This document shows, piece by piece, positions 52,969 to 63,709 of a stretch of 64,000 nucleotides of DNA (position 1 is the stretch's first letter; each line of letters starts with the position of its first letter). Made by a program: the position numbers and the translations under genes. This DNA is from Vulcanimicrobiota bacterium (GTDB taxonomy: Bacteria; Vulcanimicrobiota; Vulcanimicrobiia; Vulcanimicrobiales; Vulcanimicrobiaceae), in NCBI GenBank assembly GCA_963733295.1, contig CAVTCS010000003.1, positions 416,001 through 480,000 of the forward strand. Direction: 5' to 3'. The notes beneath the pieces are model-generated. The model made no database searches. It was not told the DNA's origin and saw only the letters and a list, made by a program, of their open reading frames with translations.

Positions 52969-53885
52969 TTGGAAGTTTTCTTCCAGCAACTCGTCAACGG
53001 GCTCTCGCTCGGCGGCATCTACGCGCTCATCGCGCTCGGCTACACGATGGTCTACGGGATCATCGAATTGATCAACTTCGCACACGGCGACGTGTACACG
53101 CTCGGGACGTTCTTTACGCTGGCAGTTTTGACGGCGATCGGCGTCTCGGGCGAGTTGCACGGCTTGCCGCTGATCGGCGTGGTCTTGCTCGCGGTGGTCG
53201 TGTCGATGCTGCTTTGCGGCATCATCGGCGTCCTGATCGAGCGCCTCGCCTATCGCGGCTGCGCAACGCTCCCCGGCTGGCGCCGCTGATCACCGCCATC
53301 GGCATGTCGTTCATCCTCGAGAACGTGATGCAGCTCTGGAAGGGTCCCTCGCCTATCCCGTTTCCAGACTTCATTCCTAATCCCACAGTCGACCTCGGCG
53401 GCGTCTCGATCAGCGCCAAGCGGTCGCTCGTCATCGCGCTGGCGATCGTCATGATGGTCGCCTGCAGCTCTTCATTTCGAAGACGAAAATCGGGAAGGCG
53501 ATGCGGGCGACCGCCCAAGATCGTGACGCGGCCCAGCTGATGGGCATCAACATCAACACGACGATCGCGATGACGTTCTTGATCGGCAGCGCGCTTGCCG
53601 GGGCGGCGGGTTTCGTCAGCGGCGTGTACTACGGAACGACCTGGTTCTTCAACGGTTTCGAGGCCGGTCTCAAAGCCTTCACCGCCGCGGTCCTCGGCGG
53701 CATCGGGAACATTCCGGGCGCGATGCTGGGCGGTTTTGTGATCGGCCTCGTCGAGGCGCATCACGACCCAGTACATTCCCGGGGGTCAGCAGTGGAGCAA
53801 CGTCATCGTGTTCTCGGTGCTGGTTCTCGTGCTTATCTTCAGACCGGCCGGCTTGCTCGGCGAATCGCTCCCCGAGAAGGTGTAG
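52969..53885 (+). CDS. LivH-family permease, frameshifted near 53256, 53462 and 53757
   Basis: QQLVNGLSLGGIYALIALGYTMVYGI.ELINFAHG; LITAIG; KAFTAAVLGGIGN; RPAGLLGE..PEKV*. Confidence 0.85.
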
Positions 53886-53889
53886 GGCG

Positions 53890-54945
53890 ATGTCCGCCAC
53901 GGTCCGCCGGCGCCTTCCTTATCTGGCGCTGCTGCTGTTGCCGCTCATCCCGCTCATCGATTCCAACAATTCGCACATCGATTTTCTGGCCAACGCCGGA
54001 GCCTTCGTTCTGCTAGCCCTCGGCCTCAACATCGTCGTGGGGTTCGCCGGTCTGCTGGACCTCGGGTACGCGGCGTTTTTCGCGATCGGTTCGTACAGCT
54101 ACGCGATGCTCGCCAGCCAGCAGTTCGGCATTCACATCCCGTTTTGGATCATGCTGCTGGTCGCGCCGTGCATCGCGGCGCTGTTCGGCGTCTTGCTGGG
54201 CGCGCCCACGCTGCGGCTACGCGGCGATTACTTAGCGATCGTGACGCTCGGGTTCGGCGAGATCGTACCGCAAACGTTCCTCAACCTCTCGCAATTTACC
54301 AACGGCCCGAACGGGATCAGTTCGCTCGATCAGCCTTCGCTCTTCGGGCACGGCTTCGGCTTCAGCGCGACGCCGTTCTACGAAGTGATCCTCGTGCTCA
54401 TCGCGCTCGGCGTTTGGTTCGCGAGCAACCTGCAAAACAGCCGCCTGGGACGCGCCTGGATGGCGATTCGCGAGGACGAACTCGCCGCGCGTCACATGGG
54501 GATCAACACGACGACCGCCAAGCTTGCGGCGTTCGCGCTGGGAGCCTCGTTCAGCGGTCTGGCGGGCGTCGCGTATGCCGCAAAGCTCGACCTCGTTTCG
54601 CCGGACCAGTTTCAGTTCAACGTGAGCGTGCTCGTGCTCTCGATGCTCGTGCTGGGCGGCATGGGGAACATCTGGGGCGTGATCGTCGGCAGCCTCGTCC
54701 TCTCGTTCCTCAATAGCTTCCTCTTGCCGCAATCGACGAACCTCGCGCACGAGATCGGCTTGACCTGGCTCGACTTCACCAACTACCGCTTCATGCTGTA
54801 CGGCGTGATCCTCGTGGCGATGATGTTGTTCCGTCCCGAAGGCTTGATCCCGAGCCGGCAACGCAAAGCTGAGTTTCACGAGGCGCTAGAGGATCCGTCC
54901 CTCGCGGCGCAAGAGCAGACCGAATATACGAGCGGTGCGGCCTGA
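53890..54945 (+). CDS. LivM-family permease
   Basis: [50 protein letters not shown]. Confidence 0.93.
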   Translation: MSATVRRRLPYLALLLLPLIPLIDSNNSHIDFLANAGAFVLLALGLNIVVGFAGLLDLGYAAFFAIGSYSYAMLASQQFGIHIPFWIMLLVAPCIAALFGVLLGAPTLRLRGDYLAIVTLGFGEIVPQTFLNLSQFTNGPNGISSLDQPSLFGHGFGFSATPFYEVILVLIALGVWFASNLQNSRLGRAWMAIREDELAARHMGINTTTAKLAAFALGASFSGLAGVAYAAKLDLVSPDQFQFNVSVLVLSMLVLGGMGNIWGVIVGSLVLSFLNSFLLPQSTNLAHEIGLTWLDFTNYRFMLYGVILVAMMLFRPEGLIPSRQRKAEFHEALEDPSLAAQEQTEYTSGAA

Positions 54946-55712
54946 TGTCGTTCTTCCGCTTGACCGGGGTGCGCAAAGATTTCGGCGGCCTCGTCGCCGT
55001 CAACGACTTGTCGTTCGACATCGAGGCCGGGACGATCGTTGCGATGATCGGACCGAACGGGGCCGGCAAATCGACGGTCTTCAATTTGATCACCGGCATC
55101 TATGTCCCGACGCACGGCACGATCGACCTGGAAGACCGTTCCCTGGTTGGGCTCAAGACGTACGAGATCGCGGCGCTCGGGATAGCCCGGACCTTTCAGA
55201 ACATCCGCCTTTTCGCGTTCATGTCGGCACTCGACAACGTCATGACCGGCGAACACGCGCGGATGCATGCCAATCTGCTCGGCTCGCTGCTCCACGTGCC
55301 CTCGGAGCGGCGCGAAGAGCGCGTCGTGCGCGAGCGCGCGCGAGAACTCCTGCGCTTCGTCGATCTGGAGCAACACGCGGGCGGGTACGCGCGGAACCTG
55401 CCGTACGGCTTCCAGCGCCGGCTGGAGATCGCGCGGGCGCTCGCGAGCGATCCCAAGCTCTTGCTCCTCGACGAGCCGGCTGCGGGGATGAATCCGCGCG
55501 AGAAGGACGATCTGATCGGTCTGATCGGACGCATCCGCGAGCGCGGCGTTACCGTCTTTCTCATCGAACACGACATGCATCTGGTGATGAACGTGAGCGA
55601 ACGGGTCACGGTGCTCGACCACGGCGAGAAAATCGCCGAGGGGACCCCCGCGGAGGTTCGCAGCGACCCGCGCGTCATCGAAGCATATCTTGGCAGCGGG
55701 GCAACGCACTGA
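54945..55712 (+). CDS. LivG-family ABC ATPase
   Basis: [43 protein letters not shown]. Confidence 0.93.
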   Translation: MSFFRLTGVRKDFGGLVAVNDLSFDIEAGTIVAMIGPNGAGKSTVFNLITGIYVPTHGTIDLEDRSLVGLKTYEIAALGIARTFQNIRLFAFMSALDNVMTGEHARMHANLLGSLLHVPSERREERVVRERARELLRFVDLEQHAGGYARNLPYGFQRRLEIARALASDPKLLLLDEPAAGMNPREKDDLIGLIGRIRERGVTVFLIEHDMHLVMNVSERVTVLDHGEKIAEGTPAEVRSDPRVIEAYLGSGATH

Positions 55713-55714
55713 GC

Positions 55715-56431
55715 ATGGCGCTGCTCGAAGTCGAAGGTCTCGCAGCCCACTACGGCCGCATCCAAGCGCTTTCCGGGGTGAGCCTGCGTGTCGAAGAGGG
55801 AGAAATCGTCACGCTGATCGGCGCGAACGGCGCGGGCAAGACGACGACGCTGCGCGCGATCAGCGGACTCATTCGTCCGAGCAGCGGAACGATTCGTTTC
55901 GCCGGTCAGGAGATTACGCGCACGACCCCCGATCTCATCGTGCGGGCGGGGTTGGTGCAGTCGCCCGAAGGCCGCCGCGTCTTCGCGCGCATGACCGTGC
56001 GCGAGAATCTCGAGTTGGGCGCCTACACCCGCGGCGTGCCGGCGGAAGTCGCGAGCGACCTGCAGCGCGTGATCGCGATCTTTCCGCGTCTCGAGGAACG
56101 CTTCGCGCAGAAAGCCGGGACGCTTTCGGGCGGCGAGCAACAGATGCTCGCCATCGGCCGCGCCCTGATGTCGCGCCCGCGTCTTTTGATGCTCGACGAG
56201 CCGTCGCTCGGGCTGTCGCCGATCCTCGTCGAAACGATCTTCGGCGTGATCCGGGAGATCAATCAACAGGGAACGACGGTCCTTCTCATCGAGCAGAACG
56301 CACGTCAGGCGCTCGCGATCGCCTCGCGCGGCTACGTGCTTGAAGTCGGCAAGATCGTCTTCGCAGAAACTGCCGCGAACCTGATGGCCAGCGAAGCGGT
56401 GCGCGCGGCGTACCTCGGCGGCGCGGCCTAG
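55715..56431 (+). CDS. LivF-family ABC ATPase
   Basis: GANGAGKT, PEGRRVF, LSGGEQQMLAIGRAL, LDEPSLGL. Confidence 0.93.
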   Translation: MALLEVEGLAAHYGRIQALSGVSLRVEEGEIVTLIGANGAGKTTTLRAISGLIRPSSGTIRFAGQEITRTTPDLIVRAGLVQSPEGRRVFARMTVRENLELGAYTRGVPAEVASDLQRVIAIFPRLEERFAQKAGTLSGGEQQMLAIGRALMSRPRLLMLDEPSLGLSPILVETIFGVIREINQQGTTVLLIEQNARQALAIASRGYVLEVGKIVFAETAANLMASEAVRAAYLGGAA

Positions 56432-56453
56432 AAGCGCGTATACTTCGCGTATC

Positions 56454-57236
56454 GTGCGAGTTTGGGCGGTTCTGTTCAGCCTGCTGCTGGCGTTGTCGTC
56501 ATCGCCGGCGCGGCTCTGCGCGGCCGGCACCGCATCAGGCGAAACGATCAGTATCCCTGCGACACCCGCTACGCCGAAGCTTCCCGCGTACGTTGCCCGG
56601 CCGTCGAGTTCTTCGCGCGCGCCCGGAGTCGTCGTGCTTCACGGCTGCGGCGGGTACACCAAGCGCTACGCGGCGATCGCGGATTGGCTGGCGAGCCACG
56701 GATACGTCGCCGTTGCGATCGATTCGCTTTCTCCTCGCGGCGAGAAGAACTCGTGCGACGATCCTAGCGGCTCGCGAAATGAAGCACAAGACGCGCGCGC
56801 GACGCTCGCCTGGCTGCGCTCGCTGCCCTACGTCGACGGTTCGCGCTTAGCGCTGCTGGGGTACTCGATGGGAGCCGTTGCGGCACTCGATATCGTCGTG
56901 CCGCGGGACGAAGCGACGCTACCGGACGGACTTCGAGCTGCGGTCGCCTACTATCCATCCTGCCGGAACCGTTCGGCGGCGAGCGTCAAGTTGCCGTTGC
57001 GAATCCTCGACGGCGAGGCCGACGATTGGACGCCCGCCGCGCCGTGCCAAGTTCTCGCGAGGGACGCCGATCAAATAGGAAAACCGGTCGTCATCACGAC
57101 CTACCCGGGCGCGACGCACGCCTTCGACGTCAACGCACCCGACCGCGTCAGCTACGGCTATCATCTCCGCTACGATGCATCCGCCGGCGCCGACGCCGCA
57201 ACGCAAACGCTGGATTTCTTGAGACGGCATCTCTAA
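56454..57236 (+). CDS. Secreted dienelactone hydrolase family protein
   Basis: Signal peptide; LHGCGG, GYSMG, YYPSC, GEADDW, YPGATHAFD. Confidence 0.85.
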   Translation: MRVWAVLFSLLLALSSSPARLCAAGTASGETISIPATPATPKLPAYVARPSSSSRAPGVVVLHGCGGYTKRYAAIADWLASHGYVAVAIDSLSPRGEKNSCDDPSGSRNEAQDARATLAWLRSLPYVDGSRLALLGYSMGAVAALDIVVPRDEATLPDGLRAAVAYYPSCRNRSAASVKLPLRILDGEADDWTPAAPCQVLARDADQIGKPVVITTYPGATHAFDVNAPDRVSYGYHLRYDASAGADAATQTLDFLRRHL

Positions 57237-57267
57237 GCGGTCGTTATGCGACGCCGGCTGCGTGCCG

Positions 57268-59805
57268 TTACGAGGGCACGTTCGCGATGAGCGTGTCCGG
57301 CAACGATTCGATCGTGGCCGCGTCGATCAATCGCAACGTGTAGTGCGCGAGGCGCGGTACGTAGACGCACGCGACGCCTTTGTCCGTCGGCGGACAACCG
57401 AGACCGGGAGCGACGTACGTGCCTGATGCGCCCTTCACGGCATCGATCGCGGAGAGATCGGTGCCGTAGAGCCGGCACATCGCGGCAGTGCCGGCCGGGC
57501 ACCCGATCTCCGTCACATTCGGAGCCCGTACGAACGTGCCCGGCAAGGCCGCCCAGTTTCCCCCGGCGCCGGTCGCGGCATCGACGAGCTGCATCTCGAG
57601 AATCCCGAAGGCCCGATCGTGCAAGACGTCGGCGCGAAAATCTACGGCAAGCGTGCTCGCCGAACGCACGTGGACGTTCGCATCGGCAATCGCAACTGCC
57701 GTTTCATCGGGGAGGGATGCGGTGCACGGAGTGGCCCGTGCTTCACCGGCTTGCCGCACGCGAACCGCGACTTGGCGCGGTAGCGCGGCGTCGGCGCTCG
57801 CCAACGTGACGATGAGCGGCGTCGTCGAGAGATAGGGCGTCGACGACGGCTCGGCGATCAGCGCCGACGCGAGCTTCGGCCGCGGCGGTTCGACCGTCAA
57901 TTCGAACACTTGCCCGGAGACGTTTCCGTCGCCCAAGAGCTGGGCCGTCACGTTCTGGCCGATGACGAGCCCCGAGCGCCCGAACGGCGGCCCGTCGAAG
58001 CACGCAGAGGTTGCCGTTGCGTTCGTCTCCTTGGTGTAGGTGACCCCATTGGCGAAGAGGCTATGAACGTACTCAAAACCCGAGCCGGCGAGGCGGATAA
58101 ACGTGTCACCGAGTGCGGCGACCGCGGACTTCGCGTCAACTTCCGCCGGATGCGGTTGGACCGCCAGCGCAGCGGCGGTCTCGAAGGCGCGCCCAGCGCG
58201 CGGATCGTCTTCGTAGAACCGGATCTGCGCCGGACCCGGAGGCACGTTAGCCAGTGAAGCGCGCAACTCAACGCGCCGCGCGTCGAGTTGCGTTGCGGTC
58301 AGCGGAATCGGCGGCGCACTGCCGATTTGCATCTCGGCACGCGAGAGGCAGGCTGCCGAGGCAGATGAAGCGACCACGTCCAGCGTTTCCCCGGCCACCG
58401 GCGGATGGTGCGGAGCCGCGGTCACGCTCCACGGTCCATCGTTCGGAAACGCTAAACGCATCACCGCGGCTGCCGGTTGCGCGACCGGGTCGAACCCGAA
58501 TCGTCCATTCAACGCAATCGTGTACGCACCGTCGGCGCTCGCGGCGAAGCGAGAGCGATCGACCACCGGCGCAGAGAGGCTCCGTGGGTCGAGCGGGATA
58601 CGATACGGGGCGCGCCCATTAGGTGTGACGCGCAACGCGGCATCGTTCACGTAGCGTGACGTATGGTCGAAATGCAGCGGGATGCTAAAGCGGTCCGAGC
58701 GCTCGCAGACGCCATTTGCCGCGGCATCGTTGACGACCACGGGCGCTCGTTCGCTCGCCTGCGGATCGCCGATGGTGAAAAAAAGCACGTCCGAATAAGC
58801 GGCGGGGGGCCGGATCGTCGGGACTTTCAGACCCATGAGCAGTTCGTCGTTGCGCGTCGCCGACGGGTCGACCAATGTGAGGGTTGTCGGCAAATACTCG
58901 TATTCGAGACGTCCGGTTTGAACGAAGAGATGCCACACCGTCAATAAGGACGCAAGGTACGGCGCATAGGTCAGCGGGCTCGCAGCCCCGGCGACGCCGC
59001 CGAGGAACTGCGCCTCCGTAGGCGCGGCGAAGTTCGTTTGATAGACGGTGGCGTTCAGGGCCTGCTGGACGCAATTGCTGACCTCTGCGGACGGTTCTCC
59101 GGCGACGTAGCACGCATCGATCGTCGCCGGGCTCACGCCGAGACTCTGGGCGACCGACTCGATGCGATACTGCGCGCTCACCGGATCGATCGATCCGCTG
59201 CCGAGCGAGGAGAGGAAGTCGTTCAAGAAACTGTACCGGTCGACTGCGGCATTCGTGCCCTGCGCCATGTCTACGAAATCGGTTGGATGCGCCCCGACGT
59301 AGTCGCGCACGCCGTCGACGCCGCGCGTCTTTGCGTCCTCCGGAATGATGAAGAAGATCGGTATTCCGCGGTCGCTGCCGGCGCCGTAGACGAAATGGAT
59401 CCGCCCTGACGGGACGGCGGGCGCGTTCTTGCGCGGCCGGCGGTTGGAAAAGAGTTGGTCGGCGGAACTGCTCCGCTCGAACAGCCAGTGCTGGCGCGCC
59501 GTTTCGGTGATGAAGGCGACGTTGACGTGATAGTTTACCGTGCTTGGCGGGCGCCGATAATCCGGAAAGTCGACGTCGACGACGTCTCCGGGTTTGAGCG
59601 CCGGAACAAGGGCGGCCGGCAACGTGATGCTCGTTTTCCCGATCGAGCGCGTTACCGTAGCATCGATGTGCGATCCCGCTTGCGGACCGGCACTCGCGGT
59701 GACGACAAACGGTGCATTCCCGCTTCCCACGGCAGCCGACGCGCAAAGCAACGAGGCGAGGGCAAGCGCAACCAGGAAAGCGTAACGCCGGGCGCACAAG
59801 CGCAT
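57268..59805 (-). CDS. Large (845 aa) secreted hypothetical protein, beta-rich with several Cys
   Basis: ATG 59805 followed by the signal peptide MRLCARRYAFLVALALASLLCASAA. The upstream extension of the listed 1076-aa ORF is a frame shadow of nagA. Confidence 0.75.
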   Translation of the reverse strand: MRLCARRYAFLVALALASLLCASAAVGSGNAPFVVTASAGPQAGSHIDATVTRSIGKTSITLPAALVPALKPGDVVDVDFPDYRRPPSTVNYHVNVAFITETARQHWLFERSSSADQLFSNRRPRKNAPAVPSGRIHFVYGAGSDRGIPIFFIIPEDAKTRGVDGVRDYVGAHPTDFVDMAQGTNAAVDRYSFLNDFLSSLGSGSIDPVSAQYRIESVAQSLGVSPATIDACYVAGEPSAEVSNCVQQALNATVYQTNFAAPTEAQFLGGVAGAASPLTYAPYLASLLTVWHLFVQTGRLEYEYLPTTLTLVDPSATRNDELLMGLKVPTIRPPAAYSDVLFFTIGDPQASERAPVVVNDAAANGVCERSDRFSIPLHFDHTSRYVNDAALRVTPNGRAPYRIPLDPRSLSAPVVDRSRFAASADGAYTIALNGRFGFDPVAQPAAAVMRLAFPNDGPWSVTAAPHHPPVAGETLDVVASSASAACLSRAEMQIGSAPPIPLTATQLDARRVELRASLANVPPGPAQIRFYEDDPRAGRAFETAAALAVQPHPAEVDAKSAVAALGDTFIRLAGSGFEYVHSLFANGVTYTKETNATATSACFDGPPFGRSGLVIGQNVTAQLLGDGNVSGQVFELTVEPPRPKLASALIAEPSSTPYLSTTPLIVTLASADAALPRQVAVRVRQAGEARATPCTASLPDETAVAIADANVHVRSASTLAVDFRADVLHDRAFGILEMQLVDAATGAGGNWAALPGTFVRAPNVTEIGCPAGTAAMCRLYGTDLSAIDAVKGASGTYVAPGLGCPPTDKGVACVYVPRLAHYTLRLIDAATIESLPDTLIANVPS

Positions 59806-59822
59806 AGAGAGAAGGGCGAAGT

Positions 59823-60992
59823 TCAGCCGACGGTCGTGGCGCGGTTCGCGCTGAGATGTTGAGCGCCAAAAACCGGCTCGCCGCGGACGATCGTCGCCAA
59901 GATTTCGTACTGTTCGTTCCAGATCGAGAGATCGGCGCGCTTTCCGGGCGCGATCGTCCCGGCCTCGCGTTCGATGCCGAGCAATCCGGCCGGCGACGCG
60001 GTCGCGCTGATGATGGCCTGTTCGAACGGAATCGAGGCGTAAGCCATCAGGTTTCGCACCGCCCGGTCGGCATGCAGCGCACTGCCCGCGATCGTTCCGT
60101 CTTCGGCCCTTACGACGCCGCCTTCGATCCGGTAACCACTTCCGGCGGGAGCCATGTAGTCGGACGCGAGCACGAGACGTTCGCGCAAGGTGCGATACAA
60201 AATGTCGATCATGACCGGAGCGACGTGATAACCGTCGCAGATGACTTGGACCGTCGTGCGCGGCTCCTGGATGAAGGCCGCCAAGATCGAAGGCTCGCGG
60301 TGATCGAGCGGCGGCATCGCGTTGAAGGCGTGCGTCAGCGTACGGAAACCGAGCCCGATCGCGAGAATCCCGTCGCGGTATTTCGCGGAGGTGTGTCCCG
60401 CCGAGCATACGATTCCCTGATCGCGGAAGAAACGCGTGGCCTCGTCGACGCCTTCGACCTCGGGCGCCATCGTCACCAGCACGAGCGCTCCGCGGCACGA
60501 GTCGATCATCGCCTTCGAGCGTTCCGGATTTGCCGAGATCAACCAGTCGTGACGGTGAACGCGACGGAACTTCGGGTTAAGGAACGGTCCCTCGAAATGC
60601 AGTCCGAGACAGCGTGCGCCCGTAATCTGAGGGTGTTCGAGCAGCGCGTGCGCTGCTTCGGCGACTTCCTCGGCGGCGTGCAGCATCGACTCCCAAGGAG
60701 CCGTCATGATCGTTGCGACGAAGCCGGTGACTCCTTGCGAGGCATATGCGTGCGAGGCAACGTCGACGGCGTTACCTTGGTCGCGATTGAACAAAACGTC
60801 GTCGGCGCCATTTGAATGGACGTCGATCATGCCCGGCGCGATCGTCGTATGAGCCGGCAAGCTGAAATCGCTGGGACCTTCTCCGCCGAGAATGTCGGCG
60901 ACGCGGCCGTTCTCGATGACGATGCGGCCGTACTGGAGCGCTCCGGTGCCTAGCGCGAGACGTGCCGGGCCGAGCGTAAAGGAACGTAACAC
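59823..60992 (-). CDS. nagA: N-acetylglucosamine-6-phosphate deacetylase
   Basis: PGMIDVHSNG, HFEGPFLN, TMAPE, GHT, THAFNAM, DGYHV, IAGS. Confidence 0.88.
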   Translation of the reverse strand: MLRSFTLGPARLALGTGALQYGRIVIENGRVADILGGEGPSDFSLPAHTTIAPGMIDVHSNGADDVLFNRDQGNAVDVASHAYASQGVTGFVATIMTAPWESMLHAAEEVAEAAHALLEHPQITGARCLGLHFEGPFLNPKFRRVHRHDWLISANPERSKAMIDSCRGALVLVTMAPEVEGVDEATRFFRDQGIVCSAGHTSAKYRDGILAIGLGFRTLTHAFNAMPPLDHREPSILAAFIQEPRTTVQVICDGYHVAPVMIDILYRTLRERLVLASDYMAPAGSGYRIEGGVVRAEDGTIAGSALHADRAVRNLMAYASIPFEQAIISATASPAGLLGIEREAGTIAPGKRADLSIWNEQYEILATIVRGEPVFGAQHLSANRATTVG

Positions 60993-61032
60993 CTGTCGGT
61001 GGTTCGGGACGCCGCTTCGGTGGCCCTAGTGT

Positions 61033-63705
61033 TCAGCCGCGTCCCAGGAGCCGGTCGAGAGCCCGTCGCAAATTCGGTCGCGAGCTGACATCGCCGGACA
61101 CTTGTGACGTCACATTTTTCGCGTCGCCGCGCCGTGCGCGTTCGGACAGTCGCTGCATGTGCGCTTCGGCGTGAGCCTCGAGCGTTTGGCGCAAAGCGCC
61201 GAGTTCGTTCCAGGCTGCCGCCGCGCGCCCCGTCTGCGCGGCTTCGAAAAAGTCCAGCGCCGAGATCGTAAAGATGCGGGACGTCGCGATGCCGCGTTCG
61301 CGCAAGTAACGCGCGGCCAGCTCGACGACGGTGCGGCGCTCCGCGGGAGTCTCGTTGTCGGCGATCGTATGCGCGAGCAGCATCGGTTTGCGGAGTTCCG
61401 CGACTCGCGCGTAGAGGTTGAGCTCGTTCTCGGAGAGTTGGCGCGAGAAGAGTCCGACCACTTCGCTCGCCGCCGCCGCAGCCGCAAGCGCAACCTCTTC
61501 GGCGTTCGGATCGCCCGAATCGAAGGCAGGCGCGTGCACGATCACGAGCTGGCGCGGAAGGTTCCAAGGGACTTCGATGAGCACCGGCGAGAGCGCAGCT
61601 TGCGCCACCGCCGCGCCCGCATCGATCTCGTTCCACTTTCCTGCGTCGTCGAGCGAATAGGCGCGGTTACGATCGCCATAGCGCACGTGGATCGGGAAGC
61701 GCGCTTCGCTTCCGACCGAATCGTCCAGCAATCGCGTCCCCGCGATCGCATTGATCAAGCTCGACTTGCCGCGCCGCAGCGCGCCCAAAATGACGACACG
61801 GTATCGCTCCGGCCGCAAGCCTCGATCGTACGCTTCCGGAACGAAAGCCGCCGTCTCGAGATCGTCGTCCGCGAAGAGCGCGACGCTCGGGGCCGCCTTC
61901 CGCTCCGGAAGGAGCGCACGCCGCCGATCGTCGATGGCCGAGAGTTTCGCAAGCGCGGCTTTGAGATTCGCGAGGACAGCGCTCCGGGCTGCGGAGTCGC
62001 CCGAGAGTGCGAGCGCGCGATCGATCGGGCCGAGCGTTTCGGCGCGCAAGGTTGCGCGGTCCGCCTCGAGCGTCGTGGAGAGATCGGCATAGGCCGCGCC
62101 GATCTTTCCGGCGATTTCGTCGAAGAGCGCTGCGAGTTCACGTTCGAGGTTAGGCAAGAACCTCTCGACGAGATCGGCTCCGAGTTCGCGTTTCATATAC
62201 GTTCCGTGAGGATGGGTTGCGAACGCAGTCGCCACTTCGTGCACGAACGAGACGGTCGGCTTGCCGAGCGCCTCGAGGACGATCGTCGACGCGATGCCGT
62301 TCGCGAGGTCGCGCGACCACACCCCGCTGCCGGGTTCGCCGCCCAGACGCAGCGCCACCGCATCGGCGACGCGCAGGCCCGGATGGTCGCGTTCGAGCAA
62401 CTCGAGAGCGCGCGACACGTGACCAGCGACATGTTCGGCAAAACGCTTGAAGCTCGCGCTGACCGTCGCGTCCGCCAAGATGTGAAGTTTCCCGCGATCC
62501 CGGAGCCGTTCGATGTCGGCTACGTCGATTGCGGTGGCAAGAGCGCGTACCAACTCCCCGGCGAGCGTGCGGGCTCGGGCCTCGATCCAGTCCTTACGTT
62601 CCACCCCGGCACGCAGCGTGTCGTCGCGTTGCCGGGCGAGGACGCGCTCGCCTTCGACCAGTGTGTCTTCGGCCCGTACGCGCTCCGCAGCCAGCTCGGC
62701 GTGGTCGCTTGCGAGCAGTACCGCCTCGCGCTGCAAACGGATGGAGGTCCGCTCGCACAGGCCGTTGAGAACGCCGAGCACGCGCAGCACGCGGTCGGCT
62801 TGAGCCCGTTCTTCGAGCGAACGCTCGAGGGCGGCCAGCAAGCCCTCGAAGCCGCTGGCCGCGCGCAGTGCGGCGTCGTCCTCGAGCAATCCCATGGCGT
62901 AGTCGCGCGCGGAGACCGAAAAGACTTCGGCGGTCGGCGCGAAGCGCGCCGCGCGCTCGCGAATCCGGTCGCGCGCGTGTTCCCAAGCGGGCCGTCCGTC
63001 GCTTTCGGGCGCGCGCCACAGGTCGATCTTCGTTTGGATGATGAAGATCGTTCGCACGTGCTCGCCGATCAGCCCGAGAAAGGCCGCGTCGCTTTCGCTG
63101 AACGGCTGCTGCGTATCGATCAAGTACAGGACCGCGTCGGTGCGCGGGAGATAGGCGAGCGTCGCGCGACGGTGCGCCGGATTGAGCGAGGCGAGGCCCG
63201 GCGTGTCGGCGACGACGAAACCACCGGCGAGAAACGGCGAGTCGACGCGTACGATAACGAACGACGGCGCTGCGTCGTCGTCGGCAGTCGCGTCGTGCAG
63301 GGCGCCCGGTGCGTCGAGGCCGACCGCGACGAAGCGTTCGAGGCGGTCGAGTGGGATGCGTTCCTCGCGACCCGACGGGTAACGCGCCGTCGCGGACTCG
63401 ACCAGAGCGTACTCGAGTTCGGTAATCGTCGCGGTCGACGGATTGATGTCGACGGCGAGCAGTCCTCCCACGCGGCCCTGGGCATCGCGCCGCACTTTGC
63501 CGAGCAGCGCGTTCAGAAGATACGATTTCCCGCTCGAGAATTCGCCGGCGACGGCTAGGGTGAAACGCCGTTCGAGACGTTCGCGCTCCGCCTCGATTCG
63601 CTCGAGCTCGGCCTGGCGAGCCGGCCACGGCGCGAGTTCCGCACTCGCAAGCAAATCGCGCAACGCGTCGAGCGCGGCGACGACATCTCTTGGGGCCTCC
63701 GGCAT
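61033..63705 (-). CDS. Bacterial dynamin-like protein with two GTPase domains (second degenerate)
   Basis: Domain 1: GEFSSGKS, PSTAT, DTPG, TKID, SA. Helical middle region. Domain 2: GALRRGKSSLINA, HAPAFDS, HTIAD, ISA. Confidence 0.85.
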   Translation of the reverse strand: MPEAPRDVVAALDALRDLLASAELAPWPARQAELERIEAERERLERRFTLAVAGEFSSGKSYLLNALLGKVRRDAQGRVGGLLAVDINPSTATITELEYALVESATARYPSGREERIPLDRLERFVAVGLDAPGALHDATADDDAAPSFVIVRVDSPFLAGGFVVADTPGLASLNPAHRRATLAYLPRTDAVLYLIDTQQPFSESDAAFLGLIGEHVRTIFIIQTKIDLWRAPESDGRPAWEHARDRIRERAARFAPTAEVFSVSARDYAMGLLEDDAALRAASGFEGLLAALERSLEERAQADRVLRVLGVLNGLCERTSIRLQREAVLLASDHAELAAERVRAEDTLVEGERVLARQRDDTLRAGVERKDWIEARARTLAGELVRALATAIDVADIERLRDRGKLHILADATVSASFKRFAEHVAGHVSRALELLERDHPGLRVADAVALRLGGEPGSGVWSRDLANGIASTIVLEALGKPTVSFVHEVATAFATHPHGTYMKRELGADLVERFLPNLERELAALFDEIAGKIGAAYADLSTTLEADRATLRAETLGPIDRALALSGDSAARSAVLANLKAALAKLSAIDDRRRALLPERKAAPSVALFADDDLETAAFVPEAYDRGLRPERYRVVILGALRRGKSSLINAIAGTRLLDDSVGSEARFPIHVRYGDRNRAYSLDDAGKWNEIDAGAAVAQAALSPVLIEVPWNLPRQLVIVHAPAFDSGDPNAEEVALAAAAAASEVVGLFSRQLSENELNLYARVAELRKPMLLAHTIADNETPAERRTVVELAARYLRERGIATSRIFTISALDFFEAAQTGRAAAAWNELGALRQTLEAHAEAHMQRLSERARRGDAKNVTSQVSGDVSSRPNLRRALDRLLGRG

Positions 63706-63709
63706 CGAC

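Noticed and set aside
61159..63558. 799-aa + strand ORF, plus other long antisense or alternative-frame ORFs such as 32566-34203, 35723-37486, 15688-17220 and 23094-24440
   Set aside because: They are shadows of well-supported genes. High GC suppresses stop codons, and the translations are Arg-rich with no motifs.
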